Source: an uncultured Chloroflexia bacterium
GTDB taxonomy: Bacteria; Chloroflexota; Limnocylindria; Limnocylindrales; CSP1-4
DNA length: 64,000 nt
NCBI GenBank assembly: GCA_963766655.1
Contig: CAVYBB010000002.1
Location: forward strand, 755,329 to 819,328
Direction of reading: 5' to 3'
Below are positions 57,534 to 64,000 of the stretch, piece after piece; position 1 is the first letter of the stretch; every line of letters begins with the position of its first letter. The notes below the pieces were generated by a model. The model was not told the origin of the DNA. It did no database searches and saw only the letters and a program-made list of their open reading frames with translations. The translations under genes and the position numbers were made by a program.

Positions 57534-59005
57534 GTTCGACCAACGCCGGGCGCGAGGCCGCGATCCTCGGGATCGACCTCGGGACGACGGAGGTCAAGGT
57601 CGGCCTCGTCACGCTCGACGGCCGGCTCCTCGGGCTGGCCAGGGCCGGCTATCGGACCGAGACCGACGCGGCGAGCGGGCGCGCGGAACAGGATCCCGAC
57701 GCCTGGTGGGGTGCCCTGACGACTGCCGTCCGCTACCTGACCGCGACGGGACGGGCGGACATCCTCGCGATCGCGGTCGACGGCCACGGCCCGACTCTCG
57801 TTGCCGTCGACGACCACGGCCGGCCCACCCGGCCGGCGATCATCTGGCAGGACTCGCGGGGGACGGGCGAGCAGGCCGAGCTGGCGAGCGCGACCGGCCT
57901 CGAGGGCTGGTCACTCGCCGGGCTCCCGGCGGCCCTCTGGGTCGAGCGCCACGAGCCGGACGTCGCGGCGGCCACCCGCTGGTACATGGCGACCTGGGAC
58001 TTCCTCGCCCTCCGGCTGACCGGCCGTCCGGCGACGAGCCTCCTGTCGGGCCAGCCGTTCCCCTCGCCGGCCGAGCTCGACGCGGCGGGCATCCCCGCGG
58101 ACCGGATTCCGGGCGCCGTCCGCGCGGGCGACGTCGTCGGCGAGCTCAGCGCACAGGCCGCGAGCCAGCTCGGGATCGGGCCGTCGATCCCGGTGGTGGC
58201 GGGCATCGTCGACGCGTGGGCGAGCTTCCATGGCGCCGGGATGACCGCGCGGGGCGACGCGATCGACGTGGGCGGCGCGGCGGGCGGGTTCGGTGCCTAC
58301 TGGGATCAGCCTCTCCGGGTCGCCGGCTCGTTCGCCACGATCGCGCCCCTGCCGGGACTCTTCATCGTCGGTGGGGCGATGGCGGCGACGGGCCGGGCGG
58401 TCGACTGGTTCCGCACCCAGATCGTCGGCGGCGTCGACTCCACCGAGGCGCTGCTCGAGGAGGCCGCCGCCACACCGCCGGGCGCCGACGGCGCGCTGTT
58501 CCTGCCGTACCTCGCGGGCGAGCGCTCGCCGATCTGGGATCCGGCGGCCCGCGGCGCCTTCGTCGGGCTGACCCTCGACCATCGCCGTGCCCACCTGACC
58601 CGGGCGATCCTCGAGGCCTCGGCGTTCGCGATCCGCCATGTCGCCGAGCCGATCCTCGCGGCCGGAATCCGGGTCGGCGAGATGCGTGTCTGCGGTGGCC
58701 CGGCCCGGAGCGAGACGTGGAACCAGATCAAGGCGGACGTCACGGGCTTCACGGTCGCCGTGCCGGCGGTCCTCGAGACCGCGGTCGTCGGGGCCGCGGT
58801 CCTCGGCGCGGCGGGAATCGGGGCGTACCCGGATGTGCCGGCCGCGATCCGCGGCATGACGAGGGTCGCCCGCCGGCTCGAACCCGACCCGGGCAACCGG
58901 CGGCTCTACGACGCGGCGTTCGATGCCTACGTCCGACTGCACCCGGCCATCTCGCCGATCGTGGCGGGGCTCGCGGCAGCCGCCGCGCCGGTCGTGCGGC
59001 GATGA
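57530..59005 (+). CDS. FGGY-family carbohydrate kinase (xylulokinase / LsrK-like)
   Basis: GTG start overlaps the upstream stop. Contains ILGIDLGTTEVKVG, IIWQDSRG, FLPYLAGERSPIWDP and RVCGGPARSETWNQIKADV. Confidence 0.85.
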   Translation: MSSTNAGREAAILGIDLGTTEVKVGLVTLDGRLLGLARAGYRTETDAASGRAEQDPDAWWGALTTAVRYLTATGRADILAIAVDGHGPTLVAVDDHGRPTRPAIIWQDSRGTGEQAELASATGLEGWSLAGLPAALWVERHEPDVAAATRWYMATWDFLALRLTGRPATSLLSGQPFPSPAELDAAGIPADRIPGAVRAGDVVGELSAQAASQLGIGPSIPVVAGIVDAWASFHGAGMTARGDAIDVGGAAGGFGAYWDQPLRVAGSFATIAPLPGLFIVGGAMAATGRAVDWFRTQIVGGVDSTEALLEEAAATPPGADGALFLPYLAGERSPIWDPAARGAFVGLTLDHRRAHLTRAILEASAFAIRHVAEPILAAGIRVGEMRVCGGPARSETWNQIKADVTGFTVAVPAVLETAVVGAAVLGAAGIGAYPDVPAAIRGMTRVARRLEPDPGNRRLYDAAFDAYVRLHPAISPIVAGLAAAAAPVVRR

Positions 59006-59778
59006 CGGCGACCGGCCGGCTCGACGCCACGGACGTGAGTGTCCGATTCTCCGGGCCGCGCGGTGTCGGCGTCCAGGCCCTCGACGGATTCAGCCTGGCC
59101 GTTGACGGACGCGAGGTCGTCGCGATCATCGGCCCGAACGGCTGCGGCAAGAGCACGTTCCTGCGGGTCGCGGCCGGCCTTCTCCGTCCGGAGCGAGGCG
59201 CGGTCACGCTCGACGCCCTGCCGATCGACGGGCCGGACCCGCGGGTCGGGCTGGTGTTCCAGGAGCCCAGGCTGATGCCGTGGCGGACCGTCGCCCGAAA
59301 CGTGACATATCCACTGGAGCTGGCGGGATGGCCGCGCGGTCGACAGGAGGAGCGACTCGCGCGGCTGCTCCAGCTCGTGGGGTTGACGGAGTCTGCCCGG
59401 GCGCGGCCCCGGCAGCTGTCCGGCGGGATGCGCCAGCGGGCGGCGATTGCCCGGGCGCTCGCGCTCGAGCCGGAGGTCCTGCTGCTCGACGAGCCATTCA
59501 GCGCGCTCGACTCGCTCACCCGCGAGCGGTTCAACCTCGAGCTGCTCAAGCTCTGGGCCAGGACCGCGACGACCATCGTGATCGTCACCCACAGCATCCC
59601 GGAGGCGATCCTGCTCGCCGACCGCGTCGTCGTCATGACGCCGAGGCCCGGCCGCGTCGCCGCGATCGTCCCGATCGTCGCCCCTCGCCCGCGCTCGATC
59701 GACTTCCTCGACGGGGCCATCGTGTCCCGCGCCGCTGCCGAGATCCGCGCTCACCTCGAGGCGGGGGATCCGGCATGA
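59002..59778 (+). CDS. ABC transporter ATP-binding protein (NitT/TauT family)
   Basis: ATGA overlap with the upstream gene. Contains GPNGCGKST, VFQEPRLMPW, LSGGMRQRAAIARAL and LLLDEPFSALD. Confidence 0.9.
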   Translation: MTATGRLDATDVSVRFSGPRGVGVQALDGFSLAVDGREVVAIIGPNGCGKSTFLRVAAGLLRPERGAVTLDALPIDGPDPRVGLVFQEPRLMPWRTVARNVTYPLELAGWPRGRQEERLARLLQLVGLTESARARPRQLSGGMRQRAAIARALALEPEVLLLDEPFSALDSLTRERFNLELLKLWARTATTIVIVTHSIPEAILLADRVVVMTPRPGRVAAIVPIVAPRPRSIDFLDGAIVSRAAAEIRAHLEAGDPA

Positions 59779-60524
59779 CCAGGAACGCCGTCGGATCGGT
59801 CGCGGTCTCCTTCGCGATCTTCGTCCTGGTCTGGAAGGCGATCGTCGTCATCGGCGGGCTCCCGACGTTCATCCTCCCGCCCCCCGAGGACGTCGCCGAT
59901 CGGCTCGTCAAGGCGTGGGGCGACGGGATCATGACCCCGCACGCGCTGGCGACCCTGTCGGAGGTGGTCCTCGGGTTCGCGGCCGGTGCCGGCACGGGCC
60001 TTGCCGTCGGCTACGGGCTGGCCCGTTCGCCGCTCGTCGCCCGCCTCATCTCGCCCTACATCGTTGCCGCCCAGGCCACCCCGATCCTCGCCCTCGCCCC
60101 GCTCCTCGCCCTCTGGTTCGGGCCGGGACTCGTGAGCAAGGTCGTGATCTGCGGACTCATCACCTTCTTCCCGATCGCGGTCTCGACGATGGTCGGGATT
60201 CGATCGGTCGATGCGGGCCTGCTCGAGATGGCCCGCAGCTTCCGGGCGACCCGCCGCGAGATCCTGCTGACCCTCGAGATCCCGGCCGCATTGCCCTCGA
60301 TCCTCGGCGGCATGCGGGTCGGCGTGACATTGGCGGTCGTCGGCGCGATCGTGGGCGAGTGGGCGGGCGCCGAGCGAGGCCTCGGCGTCCTGGTCAATCT
60401 CGCCCGCGGCAGCCTCTTCGACATCCCGCTCATGTTCGCGACGCTCGTCACCATCGCGCTTCTCGGTATCGCTCTCTACGTCGTCGTCGTCGCCGTCGAA
60501 CGCCGCATCGTCGGCGTCCGCTAG
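59775..60524 (+). CDS. ABC transporter permease (NitT/TauT family, BPD_transp_1)
   Basis: ATGA overlap with the upstream gene. It has six hydrophobic segments and the EAA-like loop LEMARSFRATRREILLTLEIPAALP. Confidence 0.85.
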   Translation: MTRNAVGSVAVSFAIFVLVWKAIVVIGGLPTFILPPPEDVADRLVKAWGDGIMTPHALATLSEVVLGFAAGAGTGLAVGYGLARSPLVARLISPYIVAAQATPILALAPLLALWFGPGLVSKVVICGLITFFPIAVSTMVGIRSVDAGLLEMARSFRATRREILLTLEIPAALPSILGGMRVGVTLAVVGAIVGEWAGAERGLGVLVNLARGSLFDIPLMFATLVTIALLGIALYVVVVAVERRIVGVR

Positions 60525-60541
60525 CCCGTTTCTGGAGGTCC

Positions 60542-61555
60542 ATGCTCGTGCGCCGTCTCGGTCCCGCCATCGCCCTCATCGCGACGCTCGCCATCGCCGG
60601 CTGCGGCGCGTCGGCCCCGAACCCGTCGGCGTCGAGCGCGCCGGTCCCCCTGACGGTCGGGCTCGGCTACATCCCGAGCGTCCAGTTCGCCCAGTTCTAC
60701 CTCGCCCAGTCGGCCGGCTACTACGCCGACGAGGGGCTCAGCGTCACGTTCCAGAACAAGATCGACCCGGACCTCGTCGCGCTCGTCGGCCAGGGCGCGG
60801 TCGACATAGGCATCTCGGACGGGACCAGCGTCATTCCGGCCGCCAGCCAGGCGATCCCGATCCGCTACATCGCCACGGTCTACGCCCAGTTCCCGTCGAT
60901 CGTCTTCGGCAAGGAATCATCGGGGATCACGACGGCTGCCGACCTCAAGGGCAAGAAGATCGGCATCCCTGGTCGGTACGGATCGTCCTGGATCATGCTC
61001 CAGGCACTTCTCGGGTCTGCCGGCCTGACGCCATCCGACGTGGAGATCGCGGAGTATCCCGACTTCGGCCAGGGAGCCGCCGTCACGCAGGGTGCCGTCG
61101 ATGCGGCGACCGGGTTTGCCAACAACGAGCCCGTCCAGCTCGAACTCAGCGGGACGAAGACGTTCGTGCTCCACGTCGATGACATCACGCCGCTGCCAGG
61201 GCCCGGGCTCATCGCCTCGACGGCGACGATCAGCGCGAAGAAGGACGCCGTTGCCGGCTTCGTCCGGGCGACGCTGCGGGCGATGAACGAGATCAAGGCA
61301 GACCCGACGAAGGGGCTCGACGCGTCGATCGCCGCGGTGCCGGAGCTCGGGCAGAACCGCGACGCACAGGCCGCGATCCTCGCCGCGACGATCGATGCCT
61401 GGACGCGCCCCGGAGCGTCGACGGGCGCGGCGCTCGGCACGATCGATCGGGCGGGCTGGCAGGCGTCGGTCACGTTCATGACCCAGCTCGGCCTCGTCCC
61501 GAAACCGGTCACGGTCGACGGTCTCGTCGTCGAGGACTTCGTCAAGGCGCCCTGA
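60542..61555 (+). CDS. ABC substrate-binding lipoprotein, NMT1/THI5-like
   Basis: A GGAGG RBS is present. The lipobox is LIATLAIAGC|GA. Contains LTVGLGYIPSVQFAQFYLAQSAGYYADEGL and GKKIGIPGRYGSS. Confidence 0.8.
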   Translation: MLVRRLGPAIALIATLAIAGCGASAPNPSASSAPVPLTVGLGYIPSVQFAQFYLAQSAGYYADEGLSVTFQNKIDPDLVALVGQGAVDIGISDGTSVIPAASQAIPIRYIATVYAQFPSIVFGKESSGITTAADLKGKKIGIPGRYGSSWIMLQALLGSAGLTPSDVEIAEYPDFGQGAAVTQGAVDAATGFANNEPVQLELSGTKTFVLHVDDITPLPGPGLIASTATISAKKDAVAGFVRATLRAMNEIKADPTKGLDASIAAVPELGQNRDAQAAILAATIDAWTRPGASTGAALGTIDRAGWQASVTFMTQLGLVPKPVTVDGLVVEDFVKAP

Positions 61556-61693
61556 GCACGCCGCCGCGGTGGCTCGGCCGCAGCCCGGCGCCCGCGCTCG
61601 TCCGGGGGGAAGCGGCGACCGGTTCCGGCGCGACGGCGTCGCACATGCCTATCAAACGGGAATCGGGCCCGGGCTGCCATCGCGCGGTCGGAC

Positions 61694-63073
61694 GTGCCTA
61701 TCATCGCGACCATGCCCACTGCAGCCCTTCCGGATCGGCCTCCGTTCGCGATCAGGGCGCGCATCCTGTCACCGCTCGCGTCGGGCGGGACGCTCCACGA
61801 ACCGGACGGTGTCGTCGCCGTGGATGGGAGCGGCGCACTCACGTTCGCGGGAGCCGCGGGCGCCGCCCCGCCGGACCTGCTCGCGCGCGCCGCCGACGTC
61901 CGGCCGTGGGTCGTCCTGCCGGGCCTCGTCGACACCCACGCCCACCTGCCGCAGCTCCCGAATGCGGGTATCGGTTTTGCAATTGATCTGCTGACCTGGC
62001 TCGAACGCCTGACGTTCCCGATCGAGCGCTCCTGGGCCGATCCCGAGGTCGCCGCGCGCCTCTCCCCGCCGATCTTCCGGGCGTTCGCGGCCGCGGGGAC
62101 AACGACCGTGCTCGCGTACGGCGTCGTCTACGAGGCGGCCATGGAGGCGGCGTTCCGGGCGGCCGACGCCCACGGAATCCGGGCGATCCTCGGCAAGGTG
62201 ATGATGGATCGAGTGACGTACGACCGGACGATCGAGCCCGGCACGATCCTCGATCGGAGCCTGCGCGAGTCGGCCGACCTGATCGGCCGCTGGCACGGCG
62301 CGGCGGACGGGCGGCTCGGGTACGCGGTCACGCCGCGGTTCGCGGTCTCGTGCTCGGCCGATCTGCTGCGCGAGTCCGCGTCCCTCGCCAGATCGACCGG
62401 GACCTGGTGGCAGAGCCACGTCTCGGAGGACGCGGCCGAGATCGCCGAGGTCGCGCGGCTGTTCCCCGAGGCGCGCGACTATCTCGACGTCTACGAGCAG
62501 GCCGGTGCCCTGGGCGAGCGGTCGGTCCTGGCCCACGCGATCCACCTCTCGGATCGGGAACTGGCGCGCGTCGTCGAGACCGGGACGCGCGTCGCGCATT
62601 GCCCGGCGTCGAACCTGTTCATCGGAGCGGGGGTTATGCCGCTGTCGCGCTGGCTCGAGGCCGGGGTCGCCGTCGGGCTCGGGTCGGACGTATCGGGCGG
62701 CCCCGATGCCTCGCTGTTCTCGGCCATGCGCGCCGGGGCGTATTCGCAGATGGCTCGGAGGTCGCTCGCGGGGGACCTGGCGCCGCCGCTGGGGCCGCTC
62801 GACTGGCTCCGACTCGGGACGCTCGACGGGGCACGGGCGCTCGGGCTGGACGACCGGATCGGGTCGATCGAGATCGGGAAGGAGGCAGACATGATCGTCG
62901 TCGACCCGGCGATGACGGCGCCGATGGGCGGCGCGGGCGGTGAGGCCGAGGACGCGGATGCCGGGCTGCTCGAGGATCCTTCGGCCCTCGTCAGCCGGCT
63001 CATCTTCCGGCCGCACCCGGACATGGTTCGCGGGGCCTGGGTGCGCGGCCGACGACTGGAGGGACCATCGTGA
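61694..63073 (+). CDS. Amidohydrolase, guanine deaminase-like
   Basis: Contains PGLVDTHAHLPQ (HxH), QSHVSE, LAHAIHL and GLGSDVSGG. The start may be 61712 (MPTAALPD). Confidence 0.7.
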   Translation: MPIIATMPTAALPDRPPFAIRARILSPLASGGTLHEPDGVVAVDGSGALTFAGAAGAAPPDLLARAADVRPWVVLPGLVDTHAHLPQLPNAGIGFAIDLLTWLERLTFPIERSWADPEVAARLSPPIFRAFAAAGTTTVLAYGVVYEAAMEAAFRAADAHGIRAILGKVMMDRVTYDRTIEPGTILDRSLRESADLIGRWHGAADGRLGYAVTPRFAVSCSADLLRESASLARSTGTWWQSHVSEDAAEIAEVARLFPEARDYLDVYEQAGALGERSVLAHAIHLSDRELARVVETGTRVAHCPASNLFIGAGVMPLSRWLEAGVAVGLGSDVSGGPDASLFSAMRAGAYSQMARRSLAGDLAPPLGPLDWLRLGTLDGARALGLDDRIGSIEIGKEADMIVVDPAMTAPMGGAGGEAEDADAGLLEDPSALVSRLIFRPHPDMVRGAWVRGRRLEGPS

Positions 63074-63534
63074 TCGACGCCCGGTTCGGCCACGTCAACC
63101 TGATCGCGCGCGACTGGCGCCGGCTGGCCGAGTTCTACCGCGAGCTGTTCGGGATGGAGATCGTCCCGCCGCTTCGCGACTACCGCGGACCGGACCTGGA
63201 GGCGGGCACCGGCGTCCCCGGCGCCGCCCTGCGGGGAGCGCACCTGCGCCTGCCCGGGCTGGGCTCGGACGGCCCGACGCTCGAGATCTACCAGTACGAG
63301 TCGGGCCCCGAGGGCATCGCACCGGCGGCAAACCGGCCCGGCTTCGGGCACATCGCGTTCGCCGTGCCGGACGTGCCCGCCGCCCGCGACGCCGTCCTCG
63401 CGGCGGGTGGCGGATCGGTCGGCGAGATCGTGACGGTCGCGACCGCCGACGGCCGCCGCGTCACCTGGACGTACGTCACCGATCCGGAGGGCAACATCCT
63501 CGAGCTCCAGGCCTGGTCGGAGGCCCAAGCGTGA
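63070..63534 (+). CDS. VOC-family (glyoxalase/bleomycin-resistance fold) protein
   Basis: GTG start overlaps the upstream stop. Contains FGHVNLIARDW...FY..LFG and GFGHIAFAV...DPEGNILEL. Confidence 0.75.
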   Translation: MIDARFGHVNLIARDWRRLAEFYRELFGMEIVPPLRDYRGPDLEAGTGVPGAALRGAHLRLPGLGSDGPTLEIYQYESGPEGIAPAANRPGFGHIAFAVPDVPAARDAVLAAGGGSVGEIVTVATADGRRVTWTYVTDPEGNILELQAWSEAQA

Positions 63535-63545
63535 CCGTCGCGCCG

Positions 63546-64000
63546 ATGGAGCCCGGACCTCGAAGTCGTCCTGCCAGTGCCGGAAGGCATCGAGATCGAC
63601 GTCATCCGGGATCAGCTCGCGCCCGGTCCCGATGGGTCGTCCATCTCGTTCGACGTCTATCGCCCGACGCCGCCGGGTCCGCCTCGGCCGTTCGTCGCTG
63701 TTCGTTCACGGCGACGCCGATCCGGACGTGATCGCCGGCGCCAAGGAGTGGGGCCAGTACACCTCGTGGGGTCGATTGGTCGCGGCTCGAGACATGATCG
63801 GGATCACGTTCAACCATTCCTCGACCCTCGCCAGGACCCGGATGGACCTCGTCATCGCGGAGATCACGGCAGTGGTCGAGGCGGCGCGTGCTCGTGCGGT
63901 GGAGCTACGGCGGCGACGGCGACCGCGTGGCGATCTGTTCGATCTCGGCCTGCGCGCCGTTCGGGTTGACCGTCGCCTACGCGGTGCTTCCGCCCGTCCG
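63546..64000 (+). pseudogene. Alpha/beta-hydrolase-like protein (partial at window end, several frame changes)
   Basis: The sequence DLEVVLPVPEGIEIDVIRDQLAPGPDGSSISFDVYRPTPPGPPRPFVA is followed in another frame by LFVHGDADPDVIAGAKEWGQYTSWGRLVAARDMIGITFNH..., and then by GGDGDRVAICSISACAPFGLTVAYAVLPPV. The start and exact frame junctions are uncertain. Confidence 0.4.

Overview
This is a very GC-rich chromosomal segment; third codon positions are almost all G/C. The gene content looks actinobacterial or Chloroflexi-like, though I cannot place the lineage from sequence alone.

I can support about 55 protein genes, one tRNA-His, one IS110-family insertion sequence, one clear SAM-I riboswitch with a terminator, and one hipBA toxin-antitoxin pair.

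Most genes are housekeeping or accessory metabolism:
- ccsA, adenosine deaminase, leucyl aminopeptidase, an A24 peptidase, an M23 peptidase and GlgC.
- A translationally coupled glycogen-to-gluconate block: cyclase-family hydrolase, Asp-type glucose dehydrogenase, GH63-like glucosidase and debranching enzyme.
- An ECF sigma factor with a soluble ZAS anti-sigma factor, next to an OmpR/histidine-kinase pair.
- ChrA, a GGDEF-EAL protein, a MacB-like ABC exporter and BioY.
- A SorC / FGGY kinase / ABC importer / deaminase / VOC operon.

Points worth a second look:
1. Ten otherwise conserved genes are broken by frameshifts, with an extreme cluster at 47.6-51.5 kb. This is either local assembly error or real gene decay.
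2. The SAM-I riboswitch controls a ThrC-like PLP enzyme, which may be a MetM-type homocysteine synthase rather than threonine synthase.
3. The IS110 element has a 5' leader that folds into two stem-loops (a candidate bridge RNA), and the loop sequences resemble both junctions. It sits beside palindromic repeats and directly in front of an operon encoding a YbjN-like protein and two tandem MA-clan metallopeptidases.
4. A family of GC-rich minisatellites lies immediately 3' of stop codons, together with dispersed TTGGTCC/GGACCAA and CCAAACG/CGTTTGG palindromes. This includes a 260-bp higher-order repeat at 29.7-30.4 kb.
5. hipBA has a near-consensus promoter overlapped by TGTCA/TGACA palindromes.

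I did not find an unambiguous new multi-gene system. The candidates are listed with their uncertainty.
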